A stretch of DNA of 20,000 nucleotides. It comes from Trichoplax sp. H2. Taxonomy: Eukaryota. Shown here piece by piece: positions 1 to 11,700 of the stretch. The stretch covers positions 108,937 to 128,936 of the forward strand of contig NOWV01000206.1 in the NCBI GenBank assembly GCA_003344405.1, in the 5' to 3' direction. The position numbers and the translations under genes are program-made. Every line of letters begins with the position of its first letter. The first letter of the stretch is position 1. The notes under the pieces are model-generated. The model searched no databases and was not told where the DNA came from. It saw only the letters and a program-made list of their open reading frames with translations.

Positions 1-201
1 AAAACTAACCCGAAAGAAACCTATCTAAAAACTACACCTAGAGAGCCTGCTAAATCATGTATTAGAGAAAATACCAAGCCTAAAGTAACCGAATCAGTTA
101 AAAATACTGAAAGAGCATCCATTGAGACCACTTTAACAGAATCTGTTTATTCTTATTCTATTGAATCATTCAGACATTCCAAATATTCTTCGGATGTTTA
201 A
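1..201 (+). CDS. Probable 3' end of an upstream coding gene (Ser/Thr/Lys/Glu-rich tail ending ...HSKYSSDV*); possibly the cytoplasmic tail of another receptor in the cluster
   Basis: Frame +1 is open from base 1 for 66 codons (KTNPKETYLKTTPREPAKSCIRENTKPKVTESVKNTERASIETTLTESVYSYSIESFRHSKYSSDV) to TAA at 199-201. It has a hydrophilic composition, ends in an S-x-V motif and lies on the same strand as the two GPCRs. It is 5'-truncated by the window edge, so its identity cannot be seen. Confidence 0.55.
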   Translation, partial: KTNPKETYLKTTPREPAKSCIRENTKPKVTESVKNTERASIETTLTESVYSYSIESFRHSKYSSDV

Positions 202-2148
202 CAATACGTTAGTAATGATTCATCAAGTAAAGTTTAATGCGAGTTAAATTTCGAACTAGACTTCCGTCTAACAAGACTCTACATATCAATCAATATCATC
301 TTGAATCAAAACTAATATTGCTCTTTTGAATTAGATTACTTTTTCGCGATCTTGCGACCATAATGTGTACTCATTGCTCACATTTTATCACATTTATTAC
401 AGAAAGTCATTTTTGGATGTAACAACATATTTTAACAATGATATATAGGCATATGCATAAGTATAAATTTTAATCTTGCAAAGCAACATCGAAGATTGAG
501 CAATCCATTTAGATTTGACACAATGAATAACACATAGTATCGTGTTTATACTTGCGAATCATATAAAATCTATATTTTTATATCTCTGATGCTTTATATA
601 TTAATAGATTATTCTATAGTATCACAAACTGAAACAGTATCGTCTAATTTGAAATTGTTTTTCTGTGCTTTGCATTCATTGACGCATGATAACACCTTAT
701 TCAACTAAAAACGATGGATGTATATTGTCAAATTCAAGTTATACCCATTACCACATCAGGGCATATAATTTTTCAACAATAAATTAAAAATTATGTTACC
801 ATTACTAAGCTTTATACTATATAATTTTATAATAGATGTATTAACTATGGTATATCTCAAGTTTCATACTCGACGTTACGAAAGTCGAGTAGATATATTA
901 TGTACAATCTGTGCCATTACTAAATTAATTTTGTAAACTTGTCTACCAATACAACATTGACATGGTGATTAGTTTAATTAATAATGGAGACCTTAATCCT
1001 TTATTATCAATAATAAAATACTATCATAAACCGAATACTATCGAGATCACAATTTTTTTGCGTTATAGGAATTCATCAGTATCGTTATAGCTTTGACGAT
1101 GGTAATCATTAATTGTAAGAAAACATTTAGGAAAAGTAATGATAATGTAATTATTAAAAAAATCACAAATTACACTTCTATGATTGAAATTACTCTTCGT
1201 AGTTTGCATGCAATTAGAAGCATTTTGTTGGAAGTCTTCCATACTCTATCTAATTGCTATTTAAAAAATATAATTTACGACGTCATATGCTGTGATGAAG
1301 ACTATTTCTTAAAAACAAGCATGAACTTTAGAGCAAACTATTTACTTGTTGGCTATCATGTAATATTTTTAATAATTATAGTAATTCAATAAATTAACAT
1401 CACAATAGCGCATTAGTGATATTGTCTAACTTCTTTTAGTATCAATAAGCTTAAATTCTGCCTTCAATTATATCCTATTCTACGCACTGTGAACAGTCGT
1501 ATTTTAACTATAACTTCATTAATATTATTGACATTTCATTAAATACTAAGTACTTTGACGTAATGAATTTTCATATAAACAAATTATTAGTAAACACATT
1601 CATCCAACACTGATCATAACGATAAACACTTTCTCGTAAATAATTAAATGTACATTGTAAAATACTTCTGGATCTTGTTATTGGTATAAGATCGCATTTA
1701 TAAGGAACAAAGAGCTTGTTTACGACAGTAATTTCAAAATAAGATAAAAATTATGTTATTTCAATTTATCGAAACTAGTTCAGTGAAGGTTATAACTAAA
1801 AGGACGATGCCTCTGCTTGTAGTTATCGTATAAAATCAAGATATACTCATGTTCACTGCTAGTGTAGAATTGATACTAACTTAATTACTTATAAATTCAT
1901 TAAAATAATATTAATAATCGAAAGTCACCCTTGGTAAATGCGATCATATTCTTGACACTGTCTTTGCGAATCAAAGTTCAATTTTTAAATACTGAAAGAT
2001 TTTTTTATTTGTAACATTTACCATAGTGGCCCTAATTTAATTACCAAAATTTTAGATATCTTTAGTATTTACTCAGTAAGAGCCAAAAATTTAATTAAAG
2101 TATTTAAGTTGTACTCCAATTTTTTTATTGGGTGCGTCATGTAGTATT

Positions 2149-2198
2149 AAAAGTTTCCTGTACTCAATGATTATTAGCATTGAGTACAGGAAACTTTT
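2149..2198. repeat. Perfect inverted repeat / hairpin, 21-bp arms, 8-nt loop
   Basis: aaaagtttcctgtactcaatg (2149-2169) is the exact reverse complement of cattgagtacaggaaactttt (2178-2198); the loop is attattag. Confidence 0.95.
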
Positions 2199-5100
2199 GA
2201 ATACATTTATGAACATTATAGACTTCGCATCAATCGGATAAGTACTAATAATATACTAGGCGTTTTTTATAGACAAATTGCAATAATATGCGGTTACTTG
2301 TGGGTGCATTATTCACCTGTAATATAGTTATGCCTCTAGTGACATCAATTTGCATGTGAATTTTGATGTCATTTAAGCGTTCCAAACAATTATCCTGTAA
2401 ATGTGCAATAACCTTAATCTTTATGTACAAAAGATGTTCTAAAAATGTCTATCAGGATTTAATTTAATAACTCTTACAGTAAATTTTCAATTATAGAGCA
2501 TTGAAGTTGTAATAAAATTACTATCGAAGTGAAATCACTGACAAATGCTTCCTTTCGCATCTATTAAATCTCAAAATAGTTAGAAAAATTAATTGATATT
2601 CAAACTGATAATTAATCCTTTCAATGAATTGATCGAAATTTGTTCAGTTGTTAAAATAATCTCAGCAAGATCTTCCACCTTTTATCTACCTTTCTAATAA
2701 CGCAATTATCATCAAAAGAAAATTCATAGCTGATATTGTAAACATAAATTTTATTATAATTTCTAAAATCAGTAGTAGTAGCTATCAAAGATTTTAGTTT
2801 TAGATATAGATTGCATAGTATCGTAAATATGGAGTGTTCATATTACTTAAATCATTGTAATCTGTCTTAAGCTCAGCTTGATACGCTTTTTATTAAAAGA
2901 ATTCTGTTTGACAATTAATTTTTTTTAATTTTTAATGAACTGAAATCTGGAAAGATAGTAAAATAATTTAAATGTACTTATTATGTACAGTATCAGGTAA
3001 ATGTCTTTTATAGAGCACCTCCGCGTGTACTTGCATAAATTTTAGCCGGCAAAGTGATATATGAGTACTGACAAGTGTTGGCATATTACGAATGTTTCGA
3101 AACTTGCACAGGACAAAAAACACAAATCCTCCATCCATTGTATTAATTATTACACAACTGCGTGTGTCGAAGTAGAAATTATTAATTTAAGTATTAATGA
3201 TAACTGTAGGCAATAAAAATATTTTAGTTTAACAATGTATGAGTTACTAGATACTATATTAGTTTCAGTTAATTCATCTTATTCATAATTTGATAGAAAT
3301 CTCAAGTAAATCATGCAACAGGCAAGACGAAAGGAAAAGCGTTCGGGTAATAAACTTATCAATTTGTTATTGCGACTTAATGGGCAAGATAAGATTTGTT
3401 ACAGTAAAAGCATTCTGTAACTAATCGTATATAAATCGTGAATTTTGCTGTAATAAGTAGATTGTCAGATAGTCAGATAGTCCTTGGTAGTTAGACGAAC
3501 CTAACTTCTGTAATAAAGTGAAATTTGCAAGAAACTGTAGTTCTTGATTTATTGTTTTGAAGATCACTTTATCACAGTTACCATTGTAAATTTTTTTAGA
3601 ACAACTTACATCATGCCGTAGATAATACTGTACAGGGTTCGGTTCTCATCGAAACTACTCTGATTACGAGAATAAATAAATTACATCAATACTGCTGTAG
3701 TAGATGCGCTAAAAGATCTAAATTTCTGAATTTCAGTTGAAGATTGATTACCAAGTGATCACTTAGGGTTCGAACTCTGAATATTTATATATCACATACG
3801 AAAACTTTAGTGCATGCATAATATAAAACTGATATATGGCAACAAACACACAATATATCTTTACGATGTTCAAATACATTGACGGAAAGCATCTGTGTCA
3901 AATTGTGAACATAATTATTAATCATCGTAATTTCTAAATTAGACTGGAGTCCTTTTGGGATACAGTTTAAGATCAGGTCTAGTTGATATAAATATAATAA
4001 GAATCTCGATCAAGTTCATTAACTCTTAATGAAGCAAATTAAATCAGTTAATAAGTAGTTATTTGTGTTATGGTAACCTTTCAGTACGATAACTTAACTT
4101 TTTTAATAAACTACCTCAACTTGATAGCTAGCATATTTATAGATCGATCAGTTGTATTTTATAATCATGTACAGTTTGCTAGCTCCGTGGACCATAAATA
4201 AGTTAATAAAGGGCCAAAGTAAAAATAAGGAAATCTAGTAGTAAAATAAGGCAAATAAGCACTGACTACATTATAGTCCATACTCAGATCAATCATTTCG
4301 CGATAGCTGGTGTGTCATACTATTTTAGGGCATAGAATTTATGGAAAATTGTCCAAACTTTACTTTAACTAATAGTATGGCTAAAAGCAATTAAAGTCTT
4401 TAACAAAATTTATTCGCCTATCTTGGATAACTAATGAAGCTTATCATAGTTTAACACGTAAATAAAAAAAACATAATTCGATTTAAGAGGAAAGCTTTAC
4501 TGTTGTATTATGAGAATGAAAATTAAGTCATACTAAAATTCTATAGCAGCTTTCAATCAAACGAAATACTACGGTTAGCTATATCTATCACAGATTTCTA
4601 CTTTATGAAGCTGTATCTATTCGGATTATCAGTCATTATTGCATAAGATACAGAGATTACTTGGCAGAAATCTATCACCAGATGAACGTAACTTTCTTTA
4701 AATTGTCATACATTCAGGAACAACATCACGGAAAGTAAGTTTTAGACTAATTTATTGCTAATAAGAAAAAGATAATAACCCAAAATTTAGCGATAGGAAA
4801 TACTGACATAAATACAGTAGCTATTTCAAAACAGCCTGAATTCAACCTAGAGTTTTATTATAGCGAAGATCAACAAACAAACAGTTTAAGTACATCATTT
4901 CGGTACTTGATATCGACAGAATATGTCATCAAGTGAAGGCCCATTAAACCATTTAATATACGTATTCAATCAAATACTGCCATAGAACCATAAAAATTGA
5001 AATGCTTACTAAATCTTTGGCATCACTAATCACTAACTGCTATCCATACAAAATGAATTCTAAACCATTAATATCGATATGATAGTTGGATTGAAGTGCT

Positions 5101-7364
5101 TATGTACATCTTACTCTATTGATGAAAAGAATGCCGATAACGATTGTACCTGTAGTAAATTAAACAAGGATCACATTCATAGATATTATCTTCTAATAGA
5201 GATTTTAATCGAAAGTCGTAGCCTACTCTGATCACTGACCAGCCTTGAGATAAAAACATGGAGAATCTAAGTATAACATATTTGCCCTTTTAAATATAAA
5301 AAATGATCCTAGTTCCAGCAATGTTTTTTCTCTTAACTTCTTAAATCTATTTATAGAATATCATGATTTTTATTCACCTACAGTTTTCAAATCATAGAAA
5401 TATTTACCCTGATTAAATACCGTATCTAAGGTGGAAGTAAACATAGTAAATATCTTCGGTGCCATAGCTTCACAACTGTAAACTTTAGTATCAATATTGA
5501 ATTTATCTTGATGAAAATATGTAACTAGGATATAGCATAAAGCTTCTTTAATAAAAGTCGGCCGCTTTAATAGCAATTTATGACGGATTAGGATTCGGAT
5601 AAGAAATTTTGCTAAACGTTAATTTTTTATGAATAAAAGTTAGGCAACAAGGATCTAATTCCTTCCCATAAAAAACCAATTAACAGAACTCAACAAAAAC
5701 TGAATGAGTCTTATCTACTGCAAAGGACACCTTAAAATTAAGCCGTAAGAAATAAATAATAGCATAACTGATGTATTTTAAGTCGTTCCTAAGGAGTTTT
5801 AAGCGAGTAGCCTATCATCTGTTACTGTCAGCATTGTTAATAATTATAATTATTGAAAATTCTTTACGAAATGCAATAAAATTAATTTCCCTCCATTCTT
5901 ACTGAGACAATGATGTCATTATACTTTAAATTGCCTAATATTATTTAACCAACTCTTATGAAAAGCATCGTGTCCGTAAGAACAAATTTTGATTATAGTA
6001 ATGAGTCTGAAAGAATAACTATTTTCGCTAATGCTTTGATTTTATCACAGTAGTTTTTCAGCCGTATAGTTAATAGGTCACACGTGAAAGCTAGACATTT
6101 CAATGCTCATTCGGTAACTAATATTGATATTCTATTATGATTATATGATTGCCGTTGCTGGTAATAAAAGGGAAGTATTGACTAATAGTCACCGGACATT
6201 GATGATACAACAACGACAGCAACTATGTACTTAGCAACAATTGCTAAATTCTCTAAATTGTATATATCAATTTTACGGTCAGTGCTTTATGACCGAAAAG
6301 AAATAGGATCATTTCTGATAATACTTCACATCTTTGGCTGTGACTAATGTCTCAAAATAAAGTAAATTAGACAATATTCAATACAATTCAACTTAAACTG
6401 AGATTGATCATTTATCCCTGATATAGTACAAGCAAATAAAATCAAGTATTCATTTCTTCCAACTTATTTGTTGGTTATAAATTAATTCATTGTTTATACT
6501 ACTTATCAATATTTGTTTTGCCTCCCATCCAAATTATAAACTGTCTACTCGTTCATTACTATATCGGAAATCGATCAGAAAAGCTACCGAAAATGAATGA
6601 ATTGCTATTGCCATCATTCTATCCTGTCAAATCTAACTTGGTATAAAATTATTATTTGATAATTTTTTGACATCTTCTTCTATCGATAATTTTTCGATCA
6701 ATTTTCAATTAAAAATCAATCCAACTTCAATTGAGGAAAACTGTATCAAAGCTGCTTCATCGTAATTAATGAACAAAAAATGTGGATTGTTTCTTTTCAA
6801 ACTTCTACTTCAATATTTTTTATTTGCCCTAATGTTGAATTTTGGCTGCTTTATAGTGAAGTAGATAGCTCCACAGCAAATACAATTTATGCGTATCATT
6901 GATCAGAATCAGCGCTATTATAATAGTTTTTTACTGCTCTCGGAGTAATTTACCTCAGAGCGACTATGGTGAACAATTAAATTAGTAATTCTAGTAATCC
7001 TTTCCCTTTGTGTCATCATGAAGTTGATCTATCGTTGTATCACTGTTTATAATTCATGTTAATTATTAGAAGTTTGGATATTTAATGACAGTTACAGAAA
7101 CTTACCAATCATGATATCTCCTCTATTCCATCGTTGATCTATGATACATATCAAACACATTGTAGTTAAGCGTCGGTGTTATAAATCGCCTGAGGTAAAC
7201 AACATGTTTACCCCCTCATTCATGATAATATTGAATGCATTACTGCCATGTCCTATTTCAATGGAATAGAGAGAACTGCCTACTCCAGACTTAAATTGTT
7301 GCTTTCGACAATACTACCATCGCCATCGTCTGATTTCCTTTTATCGTAAGGGAACAAAACATCA

Positions 7365-7391
7365 CTAATCAACCATTGTCTCCTTCATCAG
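7365..7391 (+). promoter_or_regulatory. Putative 3' splice site (branch point, pyrimidine tract, CAG) of a 5'-UTR intron of the first GPCR
   Basis: CTAAT at 7365-7369, followed by ttgtctccttcatcag ending at 7391, 255 nt before the ATG. An alternative acceptor-like site ends at 7350. Confidence 0.45.
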
Positions 7392-7646
7392 GTAACCAAT
7401 TGATGATTGTAAGGCTGAAGCCGAAGTAAAATATAATATGACACAACATTATCCCACGTTAACATTTAGACATACATCCTACATCACATTGCAAGACAAT
7501 TGGCTATAGTTATCGTTAGCCATTAGGATAAAGTCGATCTTGAAACCATTTGAAAGCCTACAAAATCGAGACGGTACGTGAGAGCACGAAGAAAAAAAAA
7601 AGAAAGACGGTGAGAGAAGAGAAAGCTAAAAGATACAGGATCAAAT

Positions 7647-8756
7647 ATGATAAACACGGTTCGCCGAGATAGCGCCTTTGTTGTAATTGGTGCATTTTAC
7701 ATCATAATTATGGCAGTATCCATACCAGCAAATATTTTAATTTTATTAGCCATGGGATTAAATAAAAAATTACAGACACCGATCAATATATTAGTTGGTA
7801 ATCTGTCAGTGGCTGGTTTAGCCATTGCTATTTTGCGGATGCCTTTTAAAATCTATGAATTATTTAATCCAGATGCAAGTTTTATTTTACCAACATCGTT
7901 TGCTATGTGTCGTTTCCAACAGATATTGCCTGCTGCTAGTGTTTTATGTATATCAATTACGCTAACAACAATTTGTGTTGATCGTTATCTTGCTATTATG
8001 TATCCTATGAAACAATATTTAAAAATGACTCTTACGCGCGTGTATATCTTTTTACCAATCAGCTGGGGAGTTTCATTTGCTTGCTTTGGTCCATATGCAA
8101 GTATTATGACGTTGCAGACAATTAATGATCGTGTCTACTGTTTTCCAATCTATCCTAAATCACCAGCAGATATTAATATTACTAATAGCGATGGTGATTT
8201 TGTACGATTAATCACGGCATCTAATATTGTTTTATGGGGCTTATTTATTCCAATTGCCTTCTTGATTCCATCGATTATTATGGCAACGTTATATTTCATT
8301 ATTGTACGGCATTTATGGTACGGTGAGGCTCCTGGTGATAAAGTTAAAACTGTTATAGTCAAGGAAAGAGCTATAAGACAAAAGCAAAAACAGCGCGTTG
8401 TTAAACTCTTAATTATATGCTGCTTAATCTTTATTCTAACTAATCTTCCATATTATGCGGTATTCATGTTACTCGACTTTGGGTTTCTCCAAATCCCCAG
8501 ATCAGATACAACAATTGTGACCAATTCATTAATTATAATCAATTTATCAGCTGTAGCCTATAATCCAATTATTTATGGTTATTTCAATCGTAGCATCAAG
8601 AAAGCTGTTGATAATTTGCTACGCCGCATTCAGTGCAAACCGCCTATTGAGGAGCATAACTTTGTTGATGTCACATGTGTTACAAGAGTGCCAAATGGCC
8701 ATGATGGCACATCATACTTGAAAAGTGCTGCGTACCATATCAAATCTACCAATTAA
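7647..8756 (+). CDS. Class A (rhodopsin-like) 7TM GPCR, neuropeptide/RFamide-receptor-like orphan, 369 aa, uninterrupted ORF
   Basis: Seven hydrophobic segments: TM1 SIPAN, TM2 NLSVAGL...RMPF, TM3 C...ICVDRYLAIMYP, TM4 W, TM5 FLIP...LY, TM6 FILTNLPYY and TM7 YNPIIYGYFN, plus ECL2 YCFP. The NPIIYGYFN motif recalls NPFF/RFamide-type receptors. An in-frame TGA at 7611-7613 supports the ATG at 7647. Confidence 0.95.
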   Translation: MINTVRRDSAFVVIGAFYIIIMAVSIPANILILLAMGLNKKLQTPINILVGNLSVAGLAIAILRMPFKIYELFNPDASFILPTSFAMCRFQQILPAASVLCISITLTTICVDRYLAIMYPMKQYLKMTLTRVYIFLPISWGVSFACFGPYASIMTLQTINDRVYCFPIYPKSPADINITNSDGDFVRLITASNIVLWGLFIPIAFLIPSIIMATLYFIIVRHLWYGEAPGDKVKTVIVKERAIRQKQKQRVVKLLIICCLIFILTNLPYYAVFMLLDFGFLQIPRSDTTIVTNSLIIINLSAVAYNPIIYGYFNRSIKKAVDNLLRRIQCKPPIEEHNFVDVTCVTRVPNGHDGTSYLKSAAYHIKSTN

Positions 8757-11700
8757 TCCAAGAAGGATAAGACCGTTTCTAGCAGCATTTGTTTGCGATT
8801 ACATTCTTATTGAATTATTATCGTGGAAGAGATCACAATCGAATTCTTAATATTTTAACGATGATAGTTATTTGAATTCATTCACTATTTTTTTTCCTTT
8901 AGTAACGTACAATTTCAATGGCTGCTACACTCTAGACTAGATTTCTATGTAAGAGACTATGCATTCCATTCCTCCATCTTGGATAAATATAAGACTGATA
9001 GCCAACTGCACTTACAATTTATACTAATCTAAATGATGGTAAATCATTGTTAAAAACCACATTTTTATTCGTATTCATGACACTATATCGTGCATCAAAA
9101 TTTATTAAAGCGATTTTTCTATTAAGTTACCTAGAACAAATATCAAGAACAAAATAATCTTGACTAGCTGTTCCAGAGGCATTAGTATTTATCGCAATCG
9201 GTATTTTGGGTAATCATCACTATTGAAATTACTTTATCATCCTTATGATTAATTAGTGATTTCAATTTTCGGAAGAGAAAAATTACCGTCATTGGAAAGA
9301 ACGAATATAAATTGTACTTTTTTACCATATATCGTAACATGCAGTTTCTATGTAAGTAAAATGATATCATTTAATACTGACAAAATTAATGGACATGCCT
9401 GGCATTCACATAATACAGTACTTTACACTGAAATGTTTCGCATGCTATATCGCCAATTCTTATAACTCAATTAGAAAATTAATTTTATTTTTATTAATTA
9501 ATCATTGCTCGTTATATAAATGACTTTATCCTATACAGTCTTTTAATTCTGCTTTAGTATAAATTAGTCATTTCAATTCTTTGACCAACGTCAATCTTCT
9601 CTGGTTAGCACTACTTTTGATTTAATTCATAAAATGTAATTGTAATCCAATTTTGGAGAAAAATAAACTGAAAACTTCCCTCTTACCTAATGAAAAAGAA
9701 AACTTGTTATGATTAAACTTATCAGCAAAAACAATCTAAAGATTTCCTCTCTTTGCATTAATATTCAAACTTTGAAAAGAATTTGGCATTGTAAATCAAG
9801 ACTTATCATTCCTTATAGCACCGTTATGACACTATCGTCTCACTCGCAATGGGATTATAAAATTTTCCATTCCCTACTGCAAATGATTAAATATCATGTT
9901 CGTTTTAGTTTGTTTCAGCATTTAATTGAGCCGGCTAGTGGGTTGTTTTCTCTAGTTGTGCAAATAACTTAATGTAAATTTGTTTATATAACCGTTAATA
10001 ATTTGCTTTATACATTATGATTGTAAAATCGACTACCAACGAAAAGTTCATTAAACAAATACATTTTGATAGTTTTGGGCGAAGAAAATAGAATTAATTA
10101 GGTGTACAGCGTATTTGATATTTGCAAGTGGCTCCATTATACAATGACTTTGCTCGAAGCTCAGTTTAGTTTGTATGTAAATGTTTAATATTATTTAATT
10201 AAACAGTAAGCTCTTCAAGTTTTCAATAGTTCAAGTAGGAATTAAATAATTCAACCACTTTATTATTTTTTGCCTTCTACAACACCATGGTCAAGAATCC
10301 ACTTAGTAGAAAGAAAATAAGGATATAATAGCTAATCCTCTTTGCTCACGTCATAAAATAATCATGAAATTAAAGGTCTTTAAATTAGAATAATATTCTT
10401 TTAGAATCACAGAACTCGTCTAGCATGTTGACGATAAATTTTAATTTATCAACATTTTTCTTAATTTACTTAACCTTATTCAATATCAGAATACAGACTA
10501 TAAAATTAGAAAGGGTTATTAGATTTGGGTAATTATGGTACTGTTGATAGGGTGCAGTTGAAAAAAAGTAAACGTAAAATCTGGCAACTGTGACGAGGCA
10601 GCCAATCATCCGCCCACTCTTTACTTTCATAGTACTATAGAATAAGGCTATGCCATGGCCTAATGCACAAATTGCACTATTTAATACATAAATGGTAAAT
10701 AATTATACGTAATTTAATTCAATAATAAAATACTAAAACGTATACTATACTATTAGTACCTATATTAACTGAAAGCATTAATACGGTGGATTCATTTCCG
10801 CTAATTTCAATTGATAAACAAATAATGCAAATTCAAAAGCAGTAATTTCAAATCATTTACGTAACTTGTTTTTGCGAAAATCTTTACGAACGGTTTTTTA
10901 ATACTACCGGGATCAATTATATTTCAATGTCTAACTGCTACGTATTGACAAAAATATCCGGTACCTTAGTTTGCAACCATACAAAACTTGTAGTCATTAA
11001 CTTTAAAGTAGGAGAATCAACTTCCATGAATTATATCAGTAAGAATTAACCGCTGATAACAAGATAGGAAAATGACTCAATGGAGCTTATTTTATTTACA
11101 TTTTCATAGTTGTCAGTTTCATTTCCTATATATCTACTAGTACAGAATATATATTCGCATAAGCTAAGCCTGTAGGCTACAAGATTAAAACTTCTATCCT
11201 TAAAAGTACAATGCATTGTTTGAACAACCTGGAATACATAGCCGATATGATTATATTATGTATATGATTAATTAACGGGACAGTAACGAAAACAAACGTT
11301 CAAATGATCATTTAAGAGCAATAATTTGTTACCAAAGGACAATTAACCTTACAAAGTAAGACTACTTATGAAGCAAATTAACATTAGTTAGTTTAAATAG
11401 ATCCTCTCAAGGATAGTAGAATGAAAGAAGGCAGGCTTCCTAATAATTAATTTGCTTCTTTGCTATGCAATTGGTGATACGCAAAAGGTACTACGCTTCC
11501 AACATAATGATTGATGCATACCGGTAATAGATATTTTCTACATAAAAACGAATCACTGCGATTGCTTTTATTTCATGAGATATAGCAGAACAATGATTGC
11601 ACCAAAAGGAACTAAATTATACTTTAATTGACTTTAAATGGATGATTCACCAATTTTATTTAAAGCATCTCTAATTTGAAACAGAGAATAGTTTCATGAT

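Noticed and set aside
3764..3781. B-box / tRNA T-loop-like GGTTCGAAC
   Set aside because: No proper T-stem, acceptor stem or cloverleaf; not callable as a tRNA or SINE.
8150..8362. 70-aa antisense ORF
   Set aside because: It is a shadow of the GPCR coding strand with no independent support.
8540..8580. Opsin-like YNPIIY in TM7
   Set aside because: Position 7.43 is Leu (Tyr in the paralogue), not the retinal-binding Lys; the motif also occurs in peptide receptors.
5840..10455. Small AT-rich palindromes (5840-5855, 6231-6247, 6277-6295, 10425-10455)
   Set aside because: Arms are short or low complexity and are expected by chance at this base composition.
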